A stretch of DNA of 64,000 bases, taken from contig OZ024743.1 in NCBI GenBank assembly GCA_964016885.1, positions 138,322,001 to 138,386,000 on the forward strand, in the 5' to 3' direction. Positions 35,970-48,639 of this stretch are shown piece after piece (position 1 is the stretch's first letter; every line of letters starts with the position of its first letter). Made by a program: the position numbers and the translations under genes. The DNA comes from Eledone cirrhosa (taxonomy: Eukaryota). The notes below the pieces were generated by a model that was not told the origin of the DNA, did no database searches, and was given only the letters and a program-made list of their open reading frames with translations.

Positions 35970-38900
35970 TGCTTGGTGCTTGGTCTTTGGTGCTTGGTGT
36001 TTGGTGTTTGGTGCTTGGTGCTTGGTGCTTGGTGTTTGGTGCTTGGTGATTAGTGTTTGGTGCTTGGTGCTTGGGGTTTGGTGTTTGGTGCTTGGTGCTT
36101 GGTGTTTGGTGCTTGGTACTTGGTGTTTGGTGCTTGGTGTTTGGTGTTTGCTGTTTGGTGTTTGGTGTTTGGTGTTTGGTGTTTGCTGTTTGGTGTCTGC
36201 TTTTTGGTGTTTGGTGTTTGCTGTATGGTGTTTGCTGTTTCGTGTTTGGTGTTTGCTGTTTGGTGTTTGGTGTTTGCTGTTAGGTGTTTGGTGTTTGGTG
36301 CTTGGTGTTTGGTGCTTGGTGTTTGGTGTTTGGTGCTTGGTGCTTGGTGTTTGGTGTTTGGTGCTTGGTGCTTGGTGCTTGGTGTTTGGTGTTTGGTGCT
36401 TGGTGTTTGGTGTTTGGTGTTTGGTGCTTGGTGTTTGGTGTTTGGTGCCTGGTGTTTGGTGTTTATTGCTTGTTGCTTGGTGCTTGGTGCTTGGTGTTTG
36501 GTGTTTGGTGCTTGGTGCTTGGTGTTTGGTGCTTGGTGCTTGGTGTTTGTACTTGGTGCTTGGTGCTTGGTGTTTGGTGCTTGGTTCTTGGTGTTTGGTG
36601 CTTGGTGTTTGGTGCTTGGTGCTTGGTGTTTGGTGCTTGGTGCTTGGTGCTTGGTGTTAGGTGTTTGGTGCTTGGTGCTTGGTGTTTGGTGTTTGGTTCT
36701 TGGTGCTTGGTATTTGGTGCTTGGTGCTTGCTGCTTGGTGTTTGGTGCTTGGTGATTGATGCTTGGTGTTTGGTGCTTGGTGCTTGGTGTTTGGTTTTTG
36801 GTGCTAGGTGCTTGGTACTTGGTGTTTGGTGCTTGGTGTTTGGTGTTTGGTGCTTGGTGCTTGGTGTTTGGTACTTGGTGCTTGGTGCTTGGTGTTTGGT
36901 GCTTGGTGTTTGGTGTTTGGTGCTTGGTGCTTGGTGTTTGGTACTTGGTGCTTGGTGCTTGGTGTTTGGTGCTTGGTGCTTGGTGTTTGGTGTTTGGTGT
37001 TTGGTGCCTGGTGCTTGGTGTTTGGTGCTTGGTGCTTGGTGTTTGTACTTGTTACTTGGTGCTTGGTGTCTGGTGTTTGGTGCTTGGTGTCTGGTGTTTT
37101 GTGCTTGGTGTTTGGTGTTTGGTGCTTGGTGCTTGGTGTTTGGTGTTTGGTGCTTGGTGCTTGGTGTTTGGTGTTTAGTGCTTGGTGTTTGGTGTTTGGT
37201 GCTTGGTGCTTGGTGTTTGTTGCTTGGTACTTGGTGCATGGTGTTTGGTGCTGGGTGCTTGGTGTTTGGTGCTTGGTGTTTGGTGCTTGGTGCTTGGTGT
37301 TTGGTGTTTGGTGTTTGATGCTTGGTGCTTGGTGTTTGGTGCTTGGTGTTTGTACTTGGTGCTTGGTGCTTGGTGTTTTGTGCTTAGTTCTTGGTGTTTG
37401 GTGTTTGGTGCTTGGTGCTTGGTGCTTGGTGTTAGGTGTTTGGTGCTTGGTGCTTGGTGTTTGGTGTTTGGTCCTTGGTGCTTCGTGTTTAGTGCTTGGT
37501 GCTTCGTGTTTGTTGTTTGGTGCTTTCTGCTTGCTGCTTGGTGTTTGGTGCTTGGTCATTGGTGCTTGGTGTTTGGTGCTTGGTGCTTGGTGTTTGCTGT
37601 TTGGTGCTAGATGCTTGGTGCTTGGTGTTTGGTGTTTGGTGTTTGGTGTTTGGTGCTTCGTACTTGGGGTTTGGTGTTTGGTGCTTGGTGCTTGGTGCTT
37701 GGTCTTTGGTGCTTGGTGCTTGGTGTTTGGTGTTTCGTGTTTGGTGCTTGGTGCTTGGTGTTTGGCGCTTGGTGCTTGGTGCTGGGTGGTTGGTATTTGG
37801 TGCTTGGTGCTTGGTGTTTGGTGCTTGGTGCTTGGTGCTTGGTGCTTGGTGTTTGGTGCTTGGTGCTTGGTGCTTGGTCTTTGGTGCTTGGTGTTTGGTG
37901 TTTGGTGCTTGGTGCTTGGTGCTTGGTGTTTGGTGCTTGGTGATTAGTGTTTGGTGCTTGGTGCTTGGGGTTTGGTGTTTGGTGCTTGGTGCTTGGTGTT
38001 TGGTGCTTGGTACTTGGTGTTTGGTGCTTGGTGTTTGGTGTTTGCTGTTTGGTGTTTGGTGTTTGGTGTTTGGTGTTTGCTGTTTGGTGTCTGCTTTTTG
38101 GTGTTTGGTGTTTGCTGTATGGTGTTTGCTGTTTCGTGTTTGGTGTTTGCTGTTTGGTGTTTGGTGTTTGCTGTTAGGTGTTTGGTCTTTGGTGCTTGGT
38201 GTTTGGTGCTTGGTGTTTGGTGTTTGGTGCTTGGTGCTTGGTGTTTGGGGTTTGGTGCTTGGTGCTTGGTGCTTGGTGTTTGGTGTTTGGTGCTTGGTGT
38301 TTGGTGTCTGGTGTTTGGTGCTTGGTGTTTGGTGTTTGGTGGCTGGTGTTTGGTGTTTATTGCTTGTTGCTTGGTGCTTGGTGCTTGGTGTTTGGTGTTT
38401 GGTGCTTGGTGCTTGGTGTTTGGTGCTTGGTGCTTGGTGTTTGTACTTGGTGCTTGGTGCTTGGTGTTTGGTGCTTGGTTCTTGGTGTTTGGTGCTTGGT
38501 GTTTGGTGCTTGGTGCTTGGTGTTTGGTGCTTGGTGCTTGGTGTTTGGTGTTTGGTGCTTGGTGCTTGGTGCTTGGTGTTAGGTGTTTGGTGCTTGGTGC
38601 TTGGTGTTTGGTGTTTGGTTCTTGGTGCTTGGTATTTGGTGCTTGGTGCTTGCTGCTTGGTGTTTGGTGCTTGGTGATTGATGCTTGGTGTTTGGTGCTT
38701 GGTGCTTGGTGTTTGCTTTTTGGTGCTAGGTGCTTGGTGCTTGGTGTTTGGTGCTTGGTGTTTGGTGTTTGGTGCTTGGTGCTTGGTGTTTGGTACTTGG
38801 TGCTTGGTGCTTGGTGTTTGGTGCTTGGTGCTTGGTGTTTGGTGTTTGGTGTTTGGTGCTTCGTGCTTGGTGTTTGGTGCTTGGTGCTTGGTGCTGGGTG

Positions 38901-41900
38901 GTTGGTGTTTGGTGCTTGGTGCTTGGTGTTTGGTGCTAGGTGCATGGTGCTTGGTGTTTGGTGCTTGGTGCTTGGTGCTTGGTCTTTGGTGTTTGGTGTT
39001 TAGTGCTTGGTGCTTGGTGCTTGGTGCTTGGTGCTTGGTCCTTGGTGTTTGGTGCTTGGTGCTTGGTGTTTGGTGTTTGGTGCTTGGTGCTTGGTGCTTT
39101 GTGTTTGGTGTTTGGTGCTTGGTGTCTGGAACTTGGTGTTTGGTGTTTGGTGCTTGGTGTTTGGCGTTTGGTGCTTGGTGCTTGGTGTTTGGTGCTTGGT
39201 GTTTGGAGCTTGGTGCTTGGTGTTTGGTGCTTGGTGCTTGGTGTTTGTACTTGGTGCTTGGTGCTTGGTGTTTGGTGCTTGGTGCTTGGTGCTTGGTCTT
39301 TGGTGCTTGGTGTTTGGTGTTTGGTGCTTGGTGCTTGGTGCTTGGTGTTTGGTGCTTGGTGATTAGTGTTTGGTGCTTGGTGCTTGGGGTTTGGTGTTTG
39401 GTGCTTGGTGCTTGGTGTTTGGTGCTTGGTACTTGGTGTTTGGTGCTTGGTGTTTGGTGTTTGCTGTTTGGTGTTTGGTGTTTGGTGTTTGGTGTTTGCT
39501 GTTTGGTGTCTGCTTTTTGGTGTTTGGTGTTTGCTGTATGGTGTTTGCTGTTTCGTGTTTGGTGTTTGCTGTTTGGTGTTTGGTGTTTGCTGTTAGGTGT
39601 TTGGTCTTTGGTGCTTGGTGTTTGGTGCTTGGTGTTTGGTGTTTGGTGCTTGGTGCTTGGTGTTTGGTGTTTGGTGCTTGGTGCTTGGTGCTTGGTGTTT
39701 GGTGTTTGGTGCTTGGTGTTTGGTGTTTGGTGTTTGGTGCTTGGTGTTTGGTGTTTGGTGCCTGGTGTTTGGTGTTTATTGCTTGTTGCTTGGTGCTTGG
39801 TGCTTGGTGTTTGGTGTTTGGTGCTTGGTGCTTGGTGTTTGGTGCTTGGTGCTTGGTGTTTGTACTTGGTGCTTGGTGCTTGGTGTTTGGTGCTTGGTTC
39901 TTGGTGTTTGGTGCTTGGTGTTTGGTGCTTGGTGCTTGGTGTTTGGTGCTTGGTGCTTGGTGCTTGGTGTTAGGTGTTTGGTGCTTGGTGCTTGGTGTTT
40001 GGTGTTTGGTTCTTGGTGCTTGGTATTTGGTGCTTGGTGCTTGCTGCTTGGTGTTTGGTGCTTGGTGATTGATGCTTGGTGTTTGGTGCTTGGTGCTTGG
40101 TGTTTGGTTTTTGGTGCTAGGTGCTTGGTACTTGGTGTTTGGTGCTTGGTGTTTGGTGTTTGGTGCTTGGTGCTTGGTGTTTGGTACTTGGTGCTTGGTG
40201 CTTGGTGTTTGGTGCTTGGTGTTTGGTGTTTGGTGCTTGGTGCTTGGTGTTTGGTACTTGGTGCTTGGTGCTTGGTGTTTGGTGCTTGGTGCTTGGTGTT
40301 TGGTGTTTGGTGTTTGGTGCCTGGTGCTTGGTGTTTGGTGCTTGGTGCTTGGTGTTTGTACTTGTTACTTGGTGCTTGGTGTCTGGTGTTTGGTGCTTGG
40401 TGTCTGGTGTTTTGTGCTTGGTGTTTGGTGTTTGGTGCTTGGTGCTTGGTGTTTGGTGTTTGGTGCTTGGTGCTTGGTGTTTGGTGTTTAGTGCTTGGTG
40501 TTTGGTGTTTGGTGCTTGGTGCTTGGTGTTTGTTGCTTGGTACTTGGTGCATGGTGTTTGGTGCTGGGTGCTTGGTGTTTGGTGCTTGGTGTTTGGTGCT
40601 TGGTGCTTGGTGTTTGGTGTTTGGTGTTTGATGCTTGGTGCTTGGTGTTTGGTGCTTGGTGTTTGTACTTGGTGCTTGGTGCTTGGTGTTTTGTGCTTAG
40701 TTCTTGGTGTTTGGTGTTTGGTGCTTGGTGCTTGGTGCTTGGTGTTAGGTGTTTGGTGCTTGGTGCTTGGTGTTTGGTGTTTGGTCCTTGGTGCTTCGTG
40801 TTTAGTGCTTGGTGCTTCGTGTTTGTTGTTTGGTGCTTTCTGCTTGCTGCTTGGTGTTTGGTGCTTGGTCATTGGTGCTTGGTGTTTGGTGCTTGGTGCT
40901 TGGTGTTTGCTGTTTGGTGCTAGATGCTTGGTGCTTGGTGTTTGGTGTTTGGTGTTTGGTGTTTGGTGCTTCGTGCTTGGGGTTTGGTGTTTGGTGCTTG
41001 GTGCTTGGTGCTTGGTCTTTGGTGCTTGGTGCTTGGTGTTTGGTGTTTCGTGTTTGGTGCTTGGTGCTTGGTGTTTGGCGCTTGGTGCTTGGTGCTGGGT
41101 GGTTGGTATTTGGTGCTTGGTGCTTGGTGTTTGGTGCTTGGTGCTTGGTGCTTGGTGCTTGGTGTTTGGTGCTTGGTGCTTGGTGCTTGGTCTTTGGTGC
41201 TTGGTGTTTGGTGTTTGGTGCTTGGTGCTTGGTGCTTGGTGTTTGGTGCTTGGTGATTAGTGTTTGGTGCTTGGTGCTTGGGGTTTGGTGTTTGGTGCTT
41301 GGTGCTTGGTGTTTGGTGCTTGGTACTTGGTGTTTGGTGCTTGGTGTTTGGTGTTTGCTGTTTGGTGTTTGGTGTTTGGTGTTTGGTGTTTGCTGTTTGG
41401 TGTCTGCTTTTTGGTGTTTGGTGTTTGCTGTATGGTGTTTGCTGTTTCGTGTTTGGTGTTTGCTGTTTGGTGTTTGGTGTTTGCTGTTAGGTGTTTGGTC
41501 TTTGGTGCTTGGTGTTTGGTGCTTGGTGTTTGGTGTTTGGTGCTTGGTGCTTGGTGTTTGGGGTTTCGTGCTTGGTGCTTGGTGCTTGGTGTTTGGTGTT
41601 TGGTGCTTGGTGTTTGGTGTTTGGTGTTTGGTGCTTGGTGTTTGGTGTTTGGTGGCTGGTGTTTGGTGTTTATTGCTTGTTGCTTGGTGCTTGGTGCTTG
41701 GTGTTTGGTGTTTGGTGCTTGGTGCTTGGTGTTTGGTGCTTGGTGCTTGGTGTTTGTACTTGGTGCTTGGTGCTTGGTGTTTGGTGCTTGGTTCTTGGTG
41801 TTTGGTGCTTGGTGTTTGGTGCTTGGTGCTTGGTGTTTGGTGCTTGGTGCTTGGTGTTTGGTGTTTGGTGCTTGGTGCTTGGTGCTTGGTGTTAGGTGTT

Positions 41901-42596
41901 TGGTGCTTGGTGCTTGGTGTTTGGTGTTTGGTTCTTGGTGCTTGGTATTTGGTGCTTGGTGCTTGCTGCTTGGTGTTTGGTGCTTGGTGATTGATGCTTG
42001 GTGTTTGGTGCTTGGTGCTTGGTGTTTGCTTTTTGGTGCTAGGTGCTTGGTGCTTGGTGTTTGGTGCTTGGTGTTTGGTGTTTGGTGCTTGGTGCTTGGT
42101 GTTTGGTACTTGGTGCTTGGTGCTTGGTGTTTGGTGCTTGGTGCTTGGTGTTTGGTGTTTGGTGTTTGGTGCTTCGTGCTTGGTGTTTGGTGCTTGGTGC
42201 TTGGTGCTGGGTGGTTGGTGTTTGGTGCTTGGTGCTTGGTGTTTGGTGCTAGGTGCATGGTGCTTGGTGTTTGGTGCTTGGTGCTTGGTGCTTGGTCTTT
42301 GGTGTTTGGTGTTTAGTGCTTGGTGCTTGGTGCTTGGTGCTTGGTGCTTGGTCCTTGGTGTTTGGTGCTTGGTGCTTGGTGTTTGGTGTTTGGTGCTTGG
42401 TGCTTGGTGCTTTGTGTTTGGTGTTTGGTGCTTGGTGTCTGGAACTTGGTGTTTGGTGTTTGGTGCTTGGTGTTTGGCGTTTGGTGCTTGGTGCTTGGTG
42501 TTTGGTGCTTGGTGTTTGGAGCTTGGTGCTTGGTGTTTGGTGCTTGGTGCTTGGTGTTTGTACTTGGTGCTTGGTGCTTGGTGTTTGGTGCTTGGT
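35970..42596 (+). repeat. Near-perfect 3,313-bp tandem duplication (copies ~35970-39283 and ~39284-42596)
   Basis: ORFs 36053/39366, 36463/39776, 36808/40121, 37947/41260, 38678/41991 and 38940/42253 are all offset by exactly 3,313. Only a handful of substitutions noticed. Confidence 0.93.
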
Positions 42597-45500
42597 TCTT
42601 GGTGTTTGGTGCTTGGTGTTTGGAGCTTGGTGCTTGGTGTTTGGTGCTTGGTGCTTGGTGTTTGTACTTGGTGCTTGTTGCTTGGTGTTTGGTGCTTGGT
42701 GCTTGGTGTTTGGTGCTTGGTGTTTGGAGCTTGGTGCTTGGTGTTTGGTGCTTGGTGCTTGGTGTTTGGTGTTTGGTGCTTGGTGCTAGGTGTTTGGTGC
42801 TTGGTGCTTGGTGTTTGGTGTTTGGTTCTTGGTGCTTGGTATTTGGTGCTTTGTGCTTGCTGCTTGGTGTTTGGTGCTTGGTGATTGATGCTTGGTGTTT
42901 GGTGCTTGGTGCTTGGTGTTTGGTTTTTGGTGCTAGGTGCTTGGTGCTTGGTGTTTGGTGCTTGGTGTTTGGTGTTTGGTGCTTGGTGCTTGGGGCTTGG
43001 TTTTTGGTACTTGGTGCTTGGTGCTTGGTGTTTGGTGCTTGGTGCTTGGTGTTTGGTGTTTGGTGTTTGGTGCTTGGTGCTTGGTGTTTGGTGCTTGGTG
43101 CTTGGTGTTTGGTGCTTGGTGCATGGTGCTTGGTGTTTGGTGCTTGGTGCTTGGTGTTTGGTGTTTGGTGCTTGGTGTTTGGTGCTTGGTGCCTGGTGCT
43201 TGTTGTTTGGTGCTTGGTGTTTGGTGTTTGGTGTTTGGTGCTTGGTGTTTGGTGTTTGGTGCTTGGTGCTTGGTGTTTGGTGTTTGATGCTTGGTGCTTG
43301 GTGCTTGGTGTTTGGTGTTTGCTGCTTGGTGTCTGGTGCTTGGTGCTTGGTGCTTGGTGTTTGGTGCTTGGTGATTGGTGCTTGGTCTTTGGTGCTGGGT
43401 GCTTGATGTTTGGTGTTTGATGCTTGGTGTTTGATGCTTGTTGCTTGGTTCTTGGTGTTTGGTGCTTGGTGTTTCGTGCTTGGTGCTTGGTGTTTGGTGC
43501 TTGGTGCTTGGTGTTTGGTGATTGGTGTATGGTGCTTGGTGCTTGGTGCTTGGTGTTAGGTGTTTGGTGCTTGGTGTTTGGTGTTTGGTGCTTCATGCTT
43601 GGTGCTTGGTGTTTGGTGCTTGGAGCTTGGTGTTTGGTGCTTGGTGCCTGGTACATGGTGTTTGGTGCTTGATGCTTGGTGATTGGTGTTTGGTGTTAGG
43701 TGTTTGGTGCTTGGTGCTTGGTGTTTGGTGCTTGGTGCTTGGTGTTTGGTGTTTGGTGCCTGGTGATTGGTGCTTGGTGTATGGTGCTTGGTGCTTGGTG
43801 TTTGGTGCTAGGTGCTTGGTGCTTGGTGCTTGGTGTTTGGTGCTTGGTGTTTGGTGCTTGGCACTTGGGGCTTGGTGTTTGGTGCTTGGTGCTTGGTGCT
43901 TGGTGTTTGGTGCTTGGTTCTTGGTGTTTGGTGTTTGGTGCTTGGTGTTTGGTGCTTGGTGTTTGGTGCTTGGTGCTTGGTGTTTGGTGCTTGGTGCTTG
44001 GTGCTTGGTGTTTGGTGCTTGGTGCTTGGTGCTTGGTCTTTGGTGCTTGGTGTTTGGTGTTTGGTGCTTGGTGCTTGGTGTTTGGTGCTTGGTGCTTGGT
44101 GATTAGTGTTTGGTGCTTGCTGCTTGGGGTTTGGTGTTTGGTGCTTGGTGCTTGGTGTTTGGTGCTTGGTGCTTGGTGTTTGGTGCTTGGTGTTTGGTTT
44201 TTGCTGTTTGGTGTTTGGTGTTTGTACTTGTTGCTTGGTGCTTGATGTTTGGTGATTGGTTTTTGGTGCTTGGTGTTTGGTGTTTGCTGTTTGCTGTTTG
44301 GTGCTTGGTGTTTGCTGTTTGGTGTTTGTTGTTTGGTGTTTGCTGTTTGGTGTTTGCTGTTTGGTGTTTGGTGCTTGCTGTTTGGTGCTTGGTGTTTGGT
44401 GCTTGGTGCTTAGTGTTTGGTGTTTGGTGTTTGGTGCTTGGTGCTTGGGGCTTGGTGTTTGGTGCTTGGTGCTTGGTGCTTGGTGCTTGGTGTTTGGTGC
44501 ATGGTGCTTGGTGCTTGGTGTTTGTCGCTTGGTGCTTGGTGCTTGGTGTTTGGTGCTTGGTGTTTGGTGTTTGGTGCTTGGTGTTTGGTGTTTGGTGTTT
44601 GGTGTTTGAATTTTGCTGTTTGGTGTTTGCTGTTTGCTGTTTGGTGTCTGCTTTTTGGTGTTTGGTGTTTTCTGTATGGTGTTTGCTGTTTCGTGTTTGG
44701 TGTTTGCTGTTTGCTGTTTGCTGTTTGCTGTTTGGTGTTTGGTGCTTGGTGCTTGGTGCTTGGTGTTTGGTGTTTGGTGCTTGGTGTTTGGTGTTTGGTG
44801 CTTGGTGCTTGGATTTTGGTGCTTGGTGCCTGGTGCTTGGTGTTTGGTGTTTGATGCTTGGTGCTTGATGCTTGGTGCTTGGTGTTTGGTGCTTGGTGCT
44901 TGGTGTTTGTACTTGTTACTTGGTGCTTGGTGTCTGGTGTTTGGTGCTTGGTGTCTGGTGTTTTGTGCTTGGTGTTTGGTGTTTGGTGCTTGGTGCTTGG
45001 TGTTTGGTGTTTGGTGCTTGGTGCTTGGTGTTTGGTGTTTAGTGCTTGGTGTTTGGTGTTTGGTGCTTGGTGTTTGGTGTTTGGTGTTTGATGCTTGGTG
45101 CTTGGTGCTTGGTGTTTGGTGCTTGGTGTTTGTACTTGGTGCTTGGTGCTTGGTGTTTTGTGCTTAGTTCTTGGTGTTTGGTGTTTGGTGCTTGGTGCTT
45201 GGTGCTTGGTGTTAGGTGTTTGGTGCTTGGTGCTTGGTGTTTGGTCTTTGGTGCTTGGTGTTTGGTGCTTGGTGCTTGGTGTTTGCTGTTTGGTGCTAGA
45301 TGCTTGGTGCTTGGTGTTTGGTGTTTGGTGTTTGGTGTTTGGTGCTTCGTGCTTGGGGTTTGGTGTTTGGTGCTTGGTGCTTGGTGCTTGGTCTTTGGTG
45401 CTTGGTGCTTGGTGTTTGGTATTTCGTGTTTGGTGCTTGGTGTTTGGTGCTTGGTGCTTGGTGCTGGGTGGTTGGTATTTGGTGCTTGGTGCTTGGTGTT

Positions 45501-46440
45501 TGGTGCTTGGTGCTTGGTGCTTGGTGCTTGGTGTTTGGTGCTTGGTGCTTGGTGTTTGTTGTTTGGTGCTTTCTGCTTGCTGCTTGGTGTTTGGTGCTTG
45601 GTCATTGGTGCTTGGTGTTTGGTGCTTGGTGCTTGGTGTTTGCTGTTTGGTGCTAGATGCTTGGTGCTTGGTGTTTGGTGTTTGGTGTTTGGTGTTTGGT
45701 GCTTCGTGCTTGGGGTTTGGTGTTTGGTGCTTGGTGCTTGGTGCTTGGTCTTTGGTGCTTGGTGCTTGGTGTTTGGTGTTTCGTGTTTGGTGCTTGGTGC
45801 TTGGTGTTTGGTGCTTGGTGCTTGGTGCTGGGTGGTTGGTATTTGGTGCTTGGTGCTTGGTGTTTGGTGCTTGGTGCTTGGTGCTTGGTGTTTGGTGCTT
45901 GGTGCTTGGTGCTTGGTCTTTGGTGCTTGGTGTTTGGTGTTTGGTGCTTGGTGCTTGGTGCTTGGTGTTTGGTGCTTGGTTATTAGTGTTTGGTGCTTGG
46001 TGCTTGGGGTTTGGTGTTTGGTGCTTGGTGCTTGGTGTTTGGTGCTTGGTACTTGGTGTTTGGTGCTTGGTGTTTGGTGTTTGCTGTTTGGTGTTTGGTG
46101 TTTGGTGTTTGCTGTTTGGTGTCTGCTTTTTGGTGTTTGGTGTTTGCTGTATGGTGTTTGCTGTTTCGTGTTTGGTGTTTGCTGTTTGGTGTTTGGTGTT
46201 TGCTGTTAGGTGTTTGGTCTTTGGTGCTTGGTGTTTGGTGCTTGCTGTTTGGTGTTTGGTGCTTGGTGCTTGGTGTTTGGTGTTTGGTGCTTGGTGCTTG
46301 GTGCTTGGTGTTTGGTGTTTGGTGCTTGGTGTTTGGTGTTTGGTGTTTGGTGCTTGGTGTTTGGTGTTTGGTGCCTGGTGTTTGGTGTTTATTGCTTGTT
46401 GCTTGGTGCTTGGTGCTTGGTGTTTGGTGTTTGGTGCTTG
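42597..46440 (+). repeat. Deleted/diverged third copy of the 3.9-kb HOR followed by a copy of the ~35100-36480 segment
   Basis: Markers GGTATTTGGTGCTTTGTGC, GATTGATGC (~42883), CTTCATGC, GGCACTTGGGG (~43860), TTGTCGC (~44522), TTTTCTGTAT, GGATTTTGG (~44811), TTGTTAC, CTTAGTTC and GGTCATTGG recur in the same order as in 28300-31180 and 32220-35620. Confidence 0.8.
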
Positions 46441-48639
46441 GGGTTTGGTGCTGGGTGCTTGGTGTTTGGTGCTTGGTGCTTGGTGCTTGGTGCTTTGTGT
46501 TTCGTGTTTGGTGCTGGGTGCTTGGTGTTTGGTGTTTGGTGTTATATGCTTGGTGTTTGATGCTTAGTGCTTGGTGCTTGGTGTTTGGTGTTTGGTGCTT
46601 GGTGTTTGCTGCTTGGTGTTTGATGCTTGGTGCTTGGTACTTGGTGTTTGGTGCTTGGTGCTTGGTGTTTGTACTTGGTGCTTGGTGCTTGGTTCTTGGT
46701 GTTTGGTGCTTGGTGCTTGGTGCTTGGTGCTTTGTGTTTGGTGCTTGGTGTTTGGTGCTTGGTGTTTGGTGCTTGGTGCCTGCTGCTTGGTGCTTGGTGT
46801 TTGGTGTTTGGTGTTTGGGGCTTGGTGTTAGGTGTTTGGTGCTTGGTGCTTGGTGTTTGGTGTTTGGTGCTTGGTGTTTGGTGCTTGGTGCTTGGTGTTT
46901 GGTGTTTGGTGCTTGGTGTTTGGTGCTTGGTACTTGGTGCTTGGTGCTTGGTGTTAGGTGTTTGGTGCTTGGTGCTTGGAGTTTGGTTTTTGGTGCTTGG
47001 TGCTTGGTGTTTGGTGTTTGGTGCTTGCTGCTGGCTGCTTGGTGCTTGGTGATTGGTGCTTGGTGTTTGGTGCTTGGTGCTTGGTGTTTGGTGTTTGGTG
47101 TTTGGTGCTTGGTGCTTGGTGTTTGGTGCTTGGTGCTTGGTGCTGGGTGGTTGGTGTTTGGTGCTTGGTGTTTGGTGCTGGGTGCTTGGTGTTTGGTGCT
47201 TGGTGTTTGGTGCTTGGTGTTTGGTGTTTGGTGCTTGGTGCTTGGTGTTTGGTGCTTGGTTCTTGGTGTTTGGTGCTTGGTGCTTAGTGTTTGGTGCTAG
47301 GTGCTTGGGGTTTGGTGTTTGGTGCTTGGTGTTTGGTGCTTGCTGCTTGGTGTTTGGTGTTTGGTGTTTGGTGCTTGGTGCTTGGTATTTGGTGTTTGCT
47401 GTTTGCTGTTTGGTGTTTGTGGTTTGGTGTTTGTTGTTTGGTGTTTGGTGTTTGCTGTTTGGTGTCTGCTTTTTGGTGTTTGGTGTTTGCTGTATGTTGT
47501 TTGCTGTTTGGTGTTTGGTGTTTGGTATTTGGTGTTTGGTGCTTGGTGCTTGGTGTTTGGTGCTTGGTGCTTGGTGTTTGGTGCCTGGTGGTTGGTGCTT
47601 GGTGTTTGGTGTTTGGTGCTTGGTGCTTGGTGCTTGGAGTTTGGTGTTTGGTGCTTGTTGCTTGGTGTTTTGTGTTTGGTGTTTGGTTTTTGGTGCTTGG
47701 TGCTTGGTGCTTGGTCCTTGGTGTTTGATGCTGGGTGCTTTGTGTTTGGTGCTTGGTGCTTCGTGCTTGGTGTTTGGTGTTTGCTGCTTGGTGTTTGGTG
47801 CTTTGTGCTTGGTGCTTGGTGTTTTTACTTGGTGCTTGGTGCTTGGTGTTTGGTTCTTGGTTCTTGGTGTTTGGTACTTGGTGCTTGGTGCTTGGTGTTT
47901 GGTGCTTGGTGTTTGGTGCTTGTTGCTTTGTGTTTGGTGCTTGGTGTTTGGTGTTTGGTGCTTGGTGCTTGGTGTTTGGTGTTTGGTGTTTGGTGTTTGC
48001 TGTTTGGTGTTTGGTGTTTGCTGTTTGCTGTTTGGTGTCTGCTTTTTGGTGTTTGGTGTTTGCTGTATGGTGTTTGCTGTTTTGGTGTTTGGTGTTTGCT
48101 GTTTGGTGTTTGGTCTTTGGTGCTTGGTGTTTGGTGTTTGGTGCTTGGTGCTTGGTGCTTGGTGTTTGGTGTTTGGTGCTTGGTGTCTGGTGCTTGGTGT
48201 TTGGTGTTTGGTGCTTGGTGTTTGGTGTTTGGTGTTTGGTGCTTGGTGCTTGGTGTTTGGTGTTTGTTGCTTGGTGCTTGGTGCTTGGTGTTTGGTGCTT
48301 GGTGCTTGGTGTTTGGTGCTGGGTGCTGGGTGCTTGGTGTTTGGTGCTTGGTGCTTGGTGCTTGGTGTTTGGTGCTTGGTGCTTTGTGCTTGGTCTTTGG
48401 TGCTTGGTGTTTGCTGTTTGGTGCTTGGTGCTTGGTGCTTGGTGTTTGGTGCTTGGTGATTAGTGTTTGGTGCTTGGTACTTGGTGTTTGGTGCTTGCTG
48501 TTTGGTGTTTGCTGTTTGGTGTTTGGTGTTTGGTGTTTGCTGTTTGGTGTCTGCTTTTTGGTGTTTGGTGTTTGCTGTATGGTGTCTGCTGTTTCGTGTT
48601 TGGTGTTTGCTGTTTGGTGTTTGGTGCTTGGTGCTTGGT

